A DNA stretch of 64,000 nucleotides from an uncultured Phycisphaerales bacterium (GCA_964537035.1 CAZIAK010000004.1:81871-145870), one strand, 5' to 3'; counted from the first letter of the stretch, positions 26,292 to 35,893 are shown. Numbers and translations: made by a program. The notes: generated by a model not told the origin, from the letters alone.

Positions 26292-27530
26292 TCACTTCTT
26301 CTTGGGGTTGTATTCGACCCGCACCCACTCGGCCCAGGCGCTCTCGAACGAGAGCATCGACGTAGACCAGCACTTCTTCAGGATCTCGCGGGTGGGCGTC
26401 TCCATCTTGGCCAGCTTGATGGCCAGGCTCATCTTCTTCGCGTCGCGGGTCATCAGGTAGTCGACCCACGACCAGACGAACTGGTGCTCTTGCGGCGACA
26501 GGGCCTGGGTGGGCGTGCTGATCACCCGGGGGAATGACGGCACGTCCTCGGCCATGACGGCCTTCCAGACGTTCTTGCGCCAATCGCCGCCCTTCCACCG
26601 CGCTGTGGTGTCCTGCTCCTGGCTGCAGTGGGTGGACGCCTGGCCGTCGAGATCGATCTCGAACCAGTGGGCCAGGCCCGCGTCGAGCCAGCCGTACTTG
26701 TCCGCGAGCCACGGCGGGGTCAGGCCCTTCTGCCCTACCTCGAACCAGTTGGGGTTGTAGTACACCGACGTGAGCTGGTGGGTCACGCTGTGGATCCAAT
26801 GGCGGTAGAGGTCCTCGTCAGAGGTGTGCACGTTCTTGTTGTAGTACATGACCAACGTCGAGTTGTGCTCTACGCCACCTGAGCGACGGGCCGTGGTGTT
26901 GCTCGACATGTTCGCGTAGGCCGGGCCCACGTTCATGGCGTCGCGCAGCTTCTCGAAGATGTAGATGTGGTGCTTGTTGCGCATGTTGTCCTTGTCGACC
27001 ACACCAAGAAGGTCCTGGTAGTGACGATAGAACGTCTCCATGCGCCGAGCGTAGAGGTGGGCCGCGTCGTGGGTGCGGTAAGTCTTCTTCTTCGACGTCT
27101 TGATCTTTGACAGATCGAAAGCCAACACGAAGTGGGTCGTCTCCAGGTGCACGATGTCGTTGGCCGTGGCCAGCTTGTCCATGCGCCGCCGCTCTTTCAG
27201 CCAGGCGTGCTTCTCGGCGTACACCTCGTCCCAGCGAGCCTGGGCCTGGTCCCGCAGTGACGGCGCCTTGCAGCGCGGGCAGGGCATCCAGTCGAGGGCC
27301 ATGTCCTGCTCGGCGATGGCCTCCGAGCAGTAGAGGACCTCCCAACCGTCACCCCGCTCGTACTCGTTGAGCCACTTCGAACCGATCTCGAGGTCGACCA
27401 CGCCGGTGGTCTTGCAGGTGCCGCAGAGCTGGTCGCCAGCTTCTTGTGCCCCCAAGGACGCCCCCAAGGAGCCGACCATGAACGCGACGACGGCAGCGAC
27501 GCCAAGCACTGAACGAAAGGACAAGGACAT
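26292..27530 (-). CDS. secreted hypothetical protein with CxxC...CxxC motif; no family recognised with confidence
   Basis: 412 aa. Signal peptide MSLSFRSVLGVAAVVAFMVGSLGASLGAQ. LCGTCKTTG...MPCPRCKAP (zinc-ribbon-like). HWIHSVTHQL resembles a degenerate HExxH. Rich in K, N, Y and W, with visibly more A/T-containing codons than neighbouring genes. Confidence 0.6.
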   Translation of the reverse strand: MSLSFRSVLGVAAVVAFMVGSLGASLGAQEAGDQLCGTCKTTGVVDLEIGSKWLNEYERGDGWEVLYCSEAIAEQDMALDWMPCPRCKAPSLRDQAQARWDEVYAEKHAWLKERRRMDKLATANDIVHLETTHFVLAFDLSKIKTSKKKTYRTHDAAHLYARRMETFYRHYQDLLGVVDKDNMRNKHHIYIFEKLRDAMNVGPAYANMSSNTTARRSGGVEHNSTLVMYYNKNVHTSDEDLYRHWIHSVTHQLTSVYYNPNWFEVGQKGLTPPWLADKYGWLDAGLAHWFEIDLDGQASTHCSQEQDTTARWKGGDWRKNVWKAVMAEDVPSFPRVISTPTQALSPQEHQFVWSWVDYLMTRDAKKMSLAIKLAKMETPTREILKKCWSTSMLSFESAWAEWVRVEYNPKKK

Positions 27531-27549
27531 GGGCGCGGGCTCAACCGAA

Positions 27550-27558
27550 GGGGGGGGG
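27550..27558. repeat. G9 (C9 on the coding strand) homopolymer 19 nt upstream of the ATG at 27530
   Basis: Sequence ...caaccgaaGGGGGGGGGattgg... read directly. It is the longest homopolymer run I noticed in the window. Confidence 0.9.
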
Positions 27559-27737
27559 ATTGGTCGGGTGCCGGGAGGATCGTTCGACTATAGCAGCCAG
27601 TTCACACGCGCACCGCGCACCCCGCCGGGAGTGGTGTGCCTTGCGAGAACCGTTGCAGACCTGTCGACACCAGACCAACGAGCGGTCTGTAGCGACCGGG
27701 CTACGCATCTAGGCAGACGAGGAAGAACCTGCTCAAG

Positions 27738-29018
27738 CTAGGCGAGGGGGTACTGCGCCCCGCGCTGCCAGACCACTCGTCCGCCCTTGATGACCAGGCT
27801 GACCGGGTTCCAGCCCACCTGATAGCCGAGGAACAAGTGGTTGGGTACATCGAGAACCACCAGATCTGCCAACGCGCCGGGAGACAGCTGCCCGCGAACC
27901 CCTGGCAGCCCCAGGGTCTGGGCCGCGTTGCGCGTCGCGGCGGTGATGCTCTCGGCCACGGTCATGCCCAACAGGCCGCAAGCCAGGCTGATCACCGCCA
28001 CCATGGACGGCACGTAGGACGTCCCCGGGTTGAAGTCACTGGCCAAGGCCACGGACAGACCCGACTCGATCATGGTGCGGGCCGGGGCGACCTCGGGCAG
28101 GCGCAGGGAGAAGCACGTCCCCGGGAGCAGCACGGCGGTGGTGCCCGCGGCGAGCATGGCTTCGAGGCCCTCGTCGCTCACCTTCACCAGATGGTCGGCG
28201 GTCTGGGCCCCCAGCTCTGCGGCGAGTTCAGCGGCCCCCACCGGCGCCAGCTCGTCGGCGTGGACACGGCGGGCCAGCCCGCAGTCCCGGGCAGCGGTCA
28301 AGACCACCCGGGCCTCGTCCACGGTGAACGCGCCCTGGTCGCAGAAGACGTCAGCCGACCGGGCCAGGCCGCGACGGGACACCTCGGGCAGGATGCGCTC
28401 GGCCACCAGCCGCACGTAGGCTGCTCGGTCCTCCTTGAACTCGGGGGGCACCTGATGGGCCGCCAGGCAGGTGGCGTCGATGTCCACGGGATGGTCGTCG
28501 TCGGCAGCGGCCAGCAGCTCCAGGGCCAGCAGCTCGGTCTCCATGGTGAGCCCGTAGCCGCTCTTGGCCTCGATCGACGTGGTGCCGCTGATCAGAAAAC
28601 GGTCGAGGTGTGTGGACAGGCGGCCGGCCAGCTGCTCGGGCGTGGCGTCGCGCAAGTGGCGCACGGACGAGAAGATGCCCCCACCGGCAGCCGTGATGTC
28701 CTGGTAGGTCCCTCCCCGGGCGCGAAGGTCAAACTCGCCCTCTCGTGTGGCCGCGAAGACCGGGTGGGTGTGCACGTCACAGAAGCCGGGCAAGACCGTG
28801 CCGCCCTGGGCTGACAGACGATTGTCAGACTCGAAGCGAGCGTCGATGTCAGCGGCCGGGCCCACGTCGAGCACCAGCCCGTCCTGAATGGCCACGGCCC
28901 CCTGGGGGATCAGGCCTAGCGCCTCCATGGCCGCGCCGGTGACGGGGCCCGGCTCGCCCTCCGCCACGGTGACCACCTCGGCCCCATCACACAGGATCAG
29001 ATCTACCTGGGTCTTCAT
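27738..29018 (-). CDS. imidazolonepropionase-like metal-dependent amidohydrolase
   Basis: Track ORF trimmed to ATG 29018, preceded by GAGGTG. Motifs GFCDVHTHPVF and HADELAP. Overall HutI-like, but no hutH or hutU lies nearby. Confidence 0.7.
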   Translation of the reverse strand: MKTQVDLILCDGAEVVTVAEGEPGPVTGAAMEALGLIPQGAVAIQDGLVLDVGPAADIDARFESDNRLSAQGGTVLPGFCDVHTHPVFAATREGEFDLRARGGTYQDITAAGGGIFSSVRHLRDATPEQLAGRLSTHLDRFLISGTTSIEAKSGYGLTMETELLALELLAAADDDHPVDIDATCLAAHQVPPEFKEDRAAYVRLVAERILPEVSRRGLARSADVFCDQGAFTVDEARVVLTAARDCGLARRVHADELAPVGAAELAAELGAQTADHLVKVSDEGLEAMLAAGTTAVLLPGTCFSLRLPEVAPARTMIESGLSVALASDFNPGTSYVPSMVAVISLACGLLGMTVAESITAATRNAAQTLGLPGVRGQLSPGALADLVVLDVPNHLFLGYQVGWNPVSLVIKGGRVVWQRGAQYPLA

Positions 29019-29219
29019 GCTCACCTCGACGCAGCGCACCACCAGCCCATGGGCCGCCCCCCTCAGCAGGTGGCGATCTCAGGGACCCTCACGCCCGCAG
29101 GCGTCCCCGAGGGTTATACTCCACCCCGCAGCCAGGGACGCTCCCTGACCGCCGCCCCCGGCAGGGCGACGCTCTGCCCCGACAGCCGCATCCTGGAACC
29201 TCCACCTACCACATTCTTG

Positions 29220-30503
29220 ATGGCAGCCGCGCTGGGCGAGAGCTCTGTCGGCTGGTGGACAGCGGCCCTGGCCTGTCTGTCGTTCCTGCTCGCGGCGCTT
29301 GAACACGGCTGGACCAAGCTGCCCCGCACCAGGCTCGCTGACACGTCGAGCGGCCCGGCGAACCGCAGTCGCCTGGAGCGCATGCTGGCCGAAGGCGACC
29401 GTGTCGAAGATGCGCTGATCGTTCTGCGCGTGGGCACGCAGGTCGCCCTGGTGATGACCCTGGTGGTGCTCTTCCAGCGCTGGTTCGCCCCGGAGAACGC
29501 CCTGCCCGGCCCGGTGAGCCCAGAGATCCAACCGCTGCTCGCCGCTGCGCTCACCGCCTTTCTCTGGATCACCTTGTTCTGCAGGGTGATGCCCGGCGAG
29601 CTGAACTCCGGGCTGCTCGAGAGCCTGGTGCGCAAGACCATGACCTTCGTGGTGCTCGTGGCGCGGGTGCTCAGCCCCCCGATCAGTGGCTGGCGCCGGG
29701 TCGCCCGCCTGCTCACGGGGCACACCGAAGAGGCCGAGAAAGAGCTCTACAACGACGAGATCCTGTCGGCCCTTGAAGAGGGCGAGCGCGAGGGGCACCT
29801 GGCCGAAGATCAGGCGGACATGATCGAGCGAGTCCTTGAGCTGAAGGACACCGAGGTGCGCCACCTGATGACGCCGCGCACGGACATGGACATCATCGAC
29901 GTGAACTCCACCGTGAGCGACGTGCGCGTCGAGGTGAAGCGCTCAGGTCGGTCCCGCTACCCCTTGGTCGAGAACACCGTGGATAGCGTCGTCGGCATCC
30001 TGCACGTGAAAGACCTGCTGGAGCACCGCGACGATGAGCTGGTGCGGGAGCTGGGCAGAGAGCCCCACTTCATCCCCGAGACCAAGTACGGCACGGACCT
30101 GCTGACCGAGTTCAGGGACAGCCGGGCCCACCTGGCCATCGTCCTCGACGAGTACGGCGGCACGGCGGGCCTGGTCACCATCGAAGATGTGCTCGAAGAG
30201 ATCGTGGGCGAGATCGACGACGAGTTCGATGAAGAGGTGCAGCCCGAGCTGCAGATCCTTGACGATCAGCAGGTCATCGCGCCGGGAGCCATGCACGTCG
30301 ACGAGATCAACGAGCAGCTGTCGATTCACATTCCTGAGAGCGACGACTGGTCGACCTTGGGTGGCTACATCTTCCACACCCTGGGGCGTCTGCCCCTCGA
30401 AGGCGAAGAGCTGCAGTTCGAGAACCTCACCTTTCAGATCGAACACGTGGCGGACCGGCGCATCCATCGGGTGCGCATTCAGATCCACGACATCGCGGCC
30501 TGA
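29220..30503 (+). CDS. CNNM/DUF21 - CBS pair - CorC_HlyC family membrane protein
   Basis: Track ORF trimmed to ATG 29220 (MAAALGESSVGWWTAALACLSFLL). CBS region VRHLMTPRTDMDIIDVNSTV...GILHVKDLL. HLAIVLDEYGGTAGLVTIEDVLEEIVGEIDDEFD. CorC tail at the C-terminus. Confidence 0.85.
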   Translation: MAAALGESSVGWWTAALACLSFLLAALEHGWTKLPRTRLADTSSGPANRSRLERMLAEGDRVEDALIVLRVGTQVALVMTLVVLFQRWFAPENALPGPVSPEIQPLLAAALTAFLWITLFCRVMPGELNSGLLESLVRKTMTFVVLVARVLSPPISGWRRVARLLTGHTEEAEKELYNDEILSALEEGEREGHLAEDQADMIERVLELKDTEVRHLMTPRTDMDIIDVNSTVSDVRVEVKRSGRSRYPLVENTVDSVVGILHVKDLLEHRDDELVRELGREPHFIPETKYGTDLLTEFRDSRAHLAIVLDEYGGTAGLVTIEDVLEEIVGEIDDEFDEEVQPELQILDDQQVIAPGAMHVDEINEQLSIHIPESDDWSTLGGYIFHTLGRLPLEGEELQFENLTFQIEHVADRRIHRVRIQIHDIAA

Positions 30504-30683
30504 TCTGAGCGCACAGGCCTGTCCTGAGATGTGGGTCGGGAGTCGCTGACCGCAGCGTCTCTGCCCGCGCTTGGCACGACGCCTGCGCCCCGGCTACCCT
30601 GCCCACTCAGGGACACCGTTGCTGGCTCTCGTCGGCCGTGACCCACCACCTTCCCTCCCCACTCTTCTGGCGCTGATCTCGAC

Positions 30684-31265
30684 ATGGCCCACACGCTGCC
30701 CGACTTGCCCTTCTCTTCCGACGCCCTCGCTCCGATCATCTCGGCGGAGACGCTCTCGTTCCACCACGGCAAGCACCACAACGCTTACGTCACCAACCTG
30801 AACAAGCTCATCGACGGCACGCCCAACGCCGACCTCTCTCTCGAAGAGCTGATCAAGACGTCGTCCGGCGGCGTGTTCAACAACGCCGCCCAGCACTTCA
30901 ACCACAGCTTCTACTGGAACTGCCTGGCCCCCAACGCCGGCGGTGAGCCCAGCGGCGCCGTGGCCGACGCCATCAGCGGCAGCTTCGGTTCGTTCGCCGC
31001 CTTCCGCGAGGAGTTCAGCACCAAGGCGGCCACGTTGTTCGGCAGCGGCTGGGCCTTCCTGGTCCAGAACCCCGACGGCAAGCTGGCCATCGAGCAGCAC
31101 GGCAACGCGGGCTGCCCCCTCACCGGCGCCGGCAAGCCCCTGCTCACCTGCGACGTCTGGGAGCACGCCTACTACGTCGACTTCCGCAACGCCCGGCCCA
31201 AGTACGTCGAGGAGTTCTGGAAGCTCGTCAACTGGGAGTTCGTCGCCAGCAACCTCGCCGGCTGA
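30684..31265 (+). CDS. sodB: superoxide dismutase (Fe-type)
   Basis: LPDLPFSSDALAPIISAETLSFHHGKHHNAYVTNLN, AAQHFNHSFYWNCL, DVWEHAYYVDFRNARPKYV. Confidence 0.9.
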   Translation: MAHTLPDLPFSSDALAPIISAETLSFHHGKHHNAYVTNLNKLIDGTPNADLSLEELIKTSSGGVFNNAAQHFNHSFYWNCLAPNAGGEPSGAVADAISGSFGSFAAFREEFSTKAATLFGSGWAFLVQNPDGKLAIEQHGNAGCPLTGAGKPLLTCDVWEHAYYVDFRNARPKYVEEFWKLVNWEFVASNLAG

Positions 31266-31307
31266 CTGTCCCCCAGCACACCGCGGCCTCGGTCGCGAAT
31301 GTGTTCA

Positions 31308-31347
31308 CGAGGCCCGCCCGTCGATGCCTCTCGACGGGTGGGCCTCG
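31308..31347. terminator. strong hairpin between convergent sodB and the guanylyltransferase gene (bidirectional terminator candidate)
   Basis: cgaggcccgcccgtcga-tgcctc-tcgacgggtgggcctcg, a 17-bp stem with one mismatch. It is followed on the + strand by ttcgtttc. Confidence 0.7.
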
Positions 31348-31353
31348 TTCGTT

Positions 31354-32436
31354 TCATAGGTAGACGTCCAGGTCCTTGGCTCTCAGAGCCGCGACGATCT
31401 CTTTCACCCCTTGGTCGTCGTCCCGGCGGCAGACCATGGTCGCGTCTGGCGTGTGCACGATGATCAGGCCGTCAACGCCACGGGCGGCGACCACGCCTCC
31501 GTCGGCTGAGACGATGGTCGAGGTGGTGTTGAGCAGCACCGCTTCGCCGTCCACCACGTTGCCGTCGTCGTCGCTGGGCTTCAGGTTCTCGAGCGCGGTC
31601 CACGAGCCCACGTCGTTCCACTGCACGGGCAGGGGCAGCATGAGCGTGCCATCCAGCTTCTCCATGACGCCCACGTCGATGGAGACCTTCTCCAAGGTGG
31701 GGAAGACGTCCTTCAGGCAGCTCTCGAATCCGTCGCTGCCGAACGCGGCGGCGATGGTGTCGAGGCCAGCAACCATGTCGGGCAGGTACGACACGAAGGC
31801 CGCGCGCAGGGCTGCGGGACGAAAGGCGAACAGGCCCGCGTTCCATGAGTAGCCACCCTCGGCCAGCAACGCCTGGGCTCGGGGCAGGTCGGGCTTCTCG
31901 ATGAACGCGTCCAGGCCGTAGAGCGTCTTTCCCGAGAACTCGCCGACCTTCTCGCCCTGGCGCAGATAGCCGTAGCCGGTCGCCGGGTGGGTGGGCTCGA
32001 TGCCGAAGACCAGCAGCCGCTCCGGGTGGGCATCCAGGGCCTCCCGTGCTGCGTCCAGGTGCTCGCGAAACAACTCTGGGGGAGTGATCACGTGGTCCGA
32101 GGGCATGGCCACCACCATGGCGTCGGGGTCGACCGCCGCCACCAGGCGCCCGGCCAGCCCCAGACAGGGCGCCGTGTCCCGTCCCTCGGGTTCACCCACC
32201 ACATGTTCGGGCGGCAACTCGGGCAGCAACGCTCGCACCGCATCGACGGTCAGCTGGCTGGTGATCACGAACTGGCGCTCCGGCGGAATCAACTCGCCCA
32301 GACGCCGGCTCGTCTCCACCAGCAGCGGCAGATCGCCACCGATGGGCAGCAGCTGCTTGGGACGAGCCTGACGACTCGCCGGCCAGAAGCGCGTGCCAGA
32401 ACCACCAGCCATGAGCACCGCGTACATCGCCGTCAT
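31354..32436 (-). CDS. mannose-1-phosphate guanylyltransferase (nucleotidyltransferase domain only)
   Basis: MYAVLMAGGSGTRFWPASRQARPKQLLPI. ATG 32436 overlaps the alr TGA (ATGA). Confidence 0.8.
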   Translation of the reverse strand: MTAMYAVLMAGGSGTRFWPASRQARPKQLLPIGGDLPLLVETSRRLGELIPPERQFVITSQLTVDAVRALLPELPPEHVVGEPEGRDTAPCLGLAGRLVAAVDPDAMVVAMPSDHVITPPELFREHLDAAREALDAHPERLLVFGIEPTHPATGYGYLRQGEKVGEFSGKTLYGLDAFIEKPDLPRAQALLAEGGYSWNAGLFAFRPAALRAAFVSYLPDMVAGLDTIAAAFGSDGFESCLKDVFPTLEKVSIDVGVMEKLDGTLMLPLPVQWNDVGSWTALENLKPSDDDGNVVDGEAVLLNTTSTIVSADGGVVAARGVDGLIIVHTPDATMVCRRDDDQGVKEIVAALRAKDLDVYL

Positions 32437-33626
32437 GAAGCTTCTCCGCTGGTCTCGGAAGACCGTGGCGTGGCCGGGTCGGCGGACCCGCGCACGTAGA
32501 CCCGGCGCACCCGCTTGCCCACCGCGCAGGCCACCTCGTAGGGGATGGTGCCGATGGTGTTGGCCAGGTCGGGGATGGTGATCTCCCGCTCGCCGTCGCC
32601 GCCGATCAGGGTCACCGTGTCGCCCACGGAGACGCCGCCGATCGCGGTGACATCGAGCATGGTGTAGTCCATGGAGATGGCCCCCACGATGGGCGCCAGC
32701 TGACCGCGCACCAGGGCCCGGCCACAGTTGCTCAGCCGATAGGAGAGCCCGTCGTTGTAGCCGATGGGCAGGGTGGCGATGCGCGCCGGGCTCGCCGTGA
32801 CGTGGGTGCCGTTGTAGCCCACCGGCGTCTGCTCGGGGACGTCCTTCAGGTACACCACCTGGGTGCGCAGGGACATCACCGGCTCGAAGTCGGCACCCTT
32901 CTCGGCCAGCTCATGGGACAGCACGCCGTAGAGCGAGATACCCGGGCGCACGAGAGGCAGCTCCCGCCCTTCGCCGCCCAACAGCGCGGCAGTGTTGGCG
33001 AAGTGCACCAGGGGCGGGGCGATGCCATCGTCGGCCAGCTCGCCGAGCAGACTCGCGAGACGCCCCCGCTGCACGGCGATGAACGGGTGCCCAGGCCGAG
33101 AGGGCGAGGGATGGGTCGTCACGCCTTCGAGGACCAGCCACGCCGAGGCCTCGATCAGCCGGGCAAGCGCCGCGGCCCGGCGGGGCTGGGCTCCGAGGCG
33201 TCCCATGCCCGTGTCGACCATGAGATGCACCTGGGTCTTGCGACCCTGACGCTCCGCCTCGGTCTCAAGCGTGCGAATGCGGTCCTCAGAGTGGATGCAG
33301 ACCCGGATGTCGTGGCTGACCACCTGGGGCACCTCGTCGGCGATGATGGTCCCCAGCACCAGGATCGGCGCCTCGATGCCTGCCGCCCTGAGCTCGAGGG
33401 CCTCGTTGCTGTCCCCCACGCCGAAGCCCCACACCAGTGGCTCGCTCTCCAGGGCACGGGCCACGGGCACCGCGCCGTGCCCGTAGGCGTCGGCTTTCAG
33501 CACCACCAGCACTCGGGCCGGAGACTGGCCGTCATCGGACGACAACCGCTCCCCCACCCGCAGCAGGTTGCGCTGCAGGGCGCCGAGGTCGATCTCAGCC
33601 CAGACCCGGTGGCTGTTGTCCGCCAT
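32433..33626 (-). CDS. alr: alanine racemase
   Basis: PLP-lysine motif VLKADAYGHGAVPVA. C-terminal PIVGAISMDYTMLDVT. Confidence 0.85.
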   Translation of the reverse strand: MADNSHRVWAEIDLGALQRNLLRVGERLSSDDGQSPARVLVVLKADAYGHGAVPVARALESEPLVWGFGVGDSNEALELRAAGIEAPILVLGTIIADEVPQVVSHDIRVCIHSEDRIRTLETEAERQGRKTQVHLMVDTGMGRLGAQPRRAAALARLIEASAWLVLEGVTTHPSPSRPGHPFIAVQRGRLASLLGELADDGIAPPLVHFANTAALLGGEGRELPLVRPGISLYGVLSHELAEKGADFEPVMSLRTQVVYLKDVPEQTPVGYNGTHVTASPARIATLPIGYNDGLSYRLSNCGRALVRGQLAPIVGAISMDYTMLDVTAIGGVSVGDTVTLIGGDGEREITIPDLANTIGTIPYEVACAVGKRVRRVYVRGSADPATPRSSETSGEAS

Positions 33627-33815
33627 GAGAGAGCCCTCCAGGCCAAGAGTCCCGGGGTACGGGACGGGGTACGTGGGCGTTCATGGACGGCACCGCAAAG
33701 CCGCACATTCGCCGGCAAGCATCGTAGCGCGGCGGCGGGGCAGCACACAGCACACCGTCGGCTTGCCCTGCTCAGCGCCGGTCAGCCAGCGCTGCTCTGT
33801 TCCGGTCAGCGCCGG

Positions 33816-34475
33816 TCAGCCCCCTCGCTCGTCCAACGCGATCTCGGCGTGGGAGCGCTTCAGGTACAGGGGCAACACGGTCGCAGGGTCGTCGCCGCCG
33901 CTCGCCAGACGGGCCGATGCCAGGCGCGCCAAGAACATCGCCGCGGGCTCGGGCTCGGTGATCACCGCCAGGTCGTCAGCCGCTGTCAGCTGCTCGATCT
34001 CTGACGCAGGCACCAGGCACGGCGCCCGGGTCTCGACCATGCCCCGCTCACCGGCTCGGTCGTAGTCGGCCCGGTAGCACTCTCCCCGGCGAGCGTCGAC
34101 CACGGTGATCACGGTCTGCACCTCGGGGCGCGACGCCAGCAGGGACGCCGCCGCGCTGGACACCGAGGGCAGGCCTACCAGGGGCAGACCACTCGGCCAG
34201 CAAAGGGCGCGGGCGAAGGCGATGGCTGAGCGCAGGCCCGTGTACGAGCCGGGGCCCACTCCCACCGCCACTCCGGCGAGGTCAGCCACCTCCAGCTGCC
34301 GGGCGGCGAGCAACCCAGCCACCGCCGGGGCCAGCTGAGCCGTGCCCCGCTCACCGGCGGGCTGCTGCCAGGTGCCCCAGTCGCTGCCATCCGGGCCCAG
34401 CACCGCCGCCGCGGCCCGCAGGGTGGACGCATCGAAAGCCAGCACGGGAGCCGACAAGCTCGCAGGGCCACTCAC
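33816..34475 (-). CDS. tsaB: tRNA threonylcarbamoyladenosine biosynthesis protein TsaB
   Basis: Track ORF trimmed to GTG 34475, which overlaps the glmM TGA (GTGA). VLAFDASTLRAAAAVLG and GVAVGVGPGSYTGLRSAIAFARAL. Confidence 0.75.
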   Translation of the reverse strand: MSGPASLSAPVLAFDASTLRAAAAVLGPDGSDWGTWQQPAGERGTAQLAPAVAGLLAARQLEVADLAGVAVGVGPGSYTGLRSAIAFARALCWPSGLPLVGLPSVSSAAASLLASRPEVQTVITVVDARRGECYRADYDRAGERGMVETRAPCLVPASEIEQLTAADDLAVITEPEPAAMFLARLASARLASGGDDPATVLPLYLKRSHAEIALDERGG

Positions 34476-35893
34476 GCCGTGGCCGCGCCGTCGGGGCCGT
34501 GGATGGCGATCTCTTCTGTCCACACCTGGGACAGCTCGGCGGCCAGATCGTCGACGGTGTCGCCATCGATCCCCTCGACCATGACCCGGGCCAGGCGTTC
34601 GGTGCCGGAGTAGCGCAGCACGATGCGGATGTCGTTGCCGAAGCGCCCCTCGGCCATGGCCACCCGCTCTTGCAGGGCGGGCAGGCGGTCGACGGGCGGG
34701 CGAGATTCAACGGGCACGTTGAGCAGCACCTGCGGCACCACGGGCATGGCGTCGATGACCTGGGCCAGGGTCTGGTCCGTGTCGATCAGCGCCTGCAGCA
34801 CGCGCAGGGCGGTGTACAGGCCGTCGCCGGTGTATTCGTGCTCGGCGCCGAAGAGCAGGTGCCCCGAGTCTTCGCCCCCCAGCCCGTAGTCGCCCGTGCG
34901 CATGGCCGCCTTCACGTAGCGATCGCCCACGGCGGTGCGTAGCAAGGTGATGCCATGGCTGTCGAGCATGCGCTGCAGGCCCAGGTTGCTCATCACCGTG
35001 GCCACCACGGTGCTGCCCGGCAGCCGTCCTGCGCCGTCGAGCCAGGTGCCCAACAGGCCCAGCATGTGATCGCCGGTGCAGGCTCGGCCCAGGGCGTCGA
35101 CCATGAGCACCCGATCGGCGTCCCCGTCGAAGGCCAGGCCCAGGTCGAACTGGCCATCCCTGTTGGCGGTGGCGATGCGATCGAGATGGGTGGAGCCGCA
35201 GTCGTCGTTGATGTTGCGGCCGTTGGGTTCGGCGCACTCGAGGGTGACCGTGGCGCCCAGGGCCCTGAGCACAGCAGGCGCCGTGCGGCTGGCGGCACCG
35301 TGAGCGCAGTCGACCACCATGGTGAAACGGGACAGGTCGAGGCCCTTGAAGTGCGCCAGCACCGCGTCGACGTACTCGGCCACGCCGTCGTCTTCGTGCA
35401 CGGCCGAAGCGCCTCCGGCCAGGGAGACCTCGGCGGGCAGCCTGCCGTCTGATTCGCCGCCCAGGTCTTCGACCCGAGCCTCCAGGGCGTGTTCCTGTGT
35501 ATCGGTGAGCTTGTGTCCCCCGGCGCCGAAGACCTTGACGCCGTTGTCTTCCCAGGGGTTGTGGGAGGCCGAGATGACCACGCCCCTCAGGGCGCCCCGA
35601 GCCCGCATGGCCATGGCCAGACCGGGGGTGGGCAGGACGCCCAGGTCGATCACCTTGGCACCCGCCGCGTTCAGTCCGTCGGCCAGGGCGGTGGTGATGG
35701 CGGGGCCAGACTCCCGGGTGTCCCGAGCCAGCAAGACCAGGGCCTGCGCGCCCGGCTCTGCGCCACGTTCGCCCAGGTCGGCCTGTGCCTGCTCACCGAG
35801 GGCCAGCCCCAGACGCACCAGAAAGGGCGTGGCCAACGGGCCCACCCCGGCCTTGCCGCGAATGCCGTCGGTGCCGAACCAGGTGCGGCTCAA
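34472..35893 (-). CDS. glmM: phosphoglucosamine mutase
   Basis: TTG start at 35893 overlapping the upstream TGA. FGTDGIRGKAG, phosphoserine loop GVVISASHNPWEDNGVK, GEDSGH. Confidence 0.9.
   Translation of the reverse strand: MSRTWFGTDGIRGKAGVGPLATPFLVRLGLALGEQAQADLGERGAEPGAQALVLLARDTRESGPAITTALADGLNAAGAKVIDLGVLPTPGLAMAMRARGALRGVVISASHNPWEDNGVKVFGAGGHKLTDTQEHALEARVEDLGGESDGRLPAEVSLAGGASAVHEDDGVAEYVDAVLAHFKGLDLSRFTMVVDCAHGAASRTAPAVLRALGATVTLECAEPNGRNINDDCGSTHLDRIATANRDGQFDLGLAFDGDADRVLMVDALGRACTGDHMLGLLGTWLDGAGRLPGSTVVATVMSNLGLQRMLDSHGITLLRTAVGDRYVKAAMRTGDYGLGGEDSGHLLFGAEHEYTGDGLYTALRVLQALIDTDQTLAQVIDAMPVVPQVLLNVPVESRPPVDRLPALQERVAMAEGRFGNDIRIVLRYSGTERLARVMVEGIDGDTVDDLAAELSQVWTEEIAIHGPDGAATA

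Noticed and set aside
27738-29018. HutI-like gene as part of a histidine-utilisation operon
   Set aside because: No hutH, hutU, hutG or hutC lies in the window. The gene stands alone between unrelated genes, so I call it only an imidazolonepropionase-like amidohydrolase.
33773-33818. 15-bp direct repeat cagcgccggtcagcc occurring twice, 31 bp apart, upstream of alr and downstream of tsaB
   Set aside because: Short, only two copies, partly overlapping the tsaB stop region, and with no associated structure or gene. Probably fortuitous or a minor duplication.
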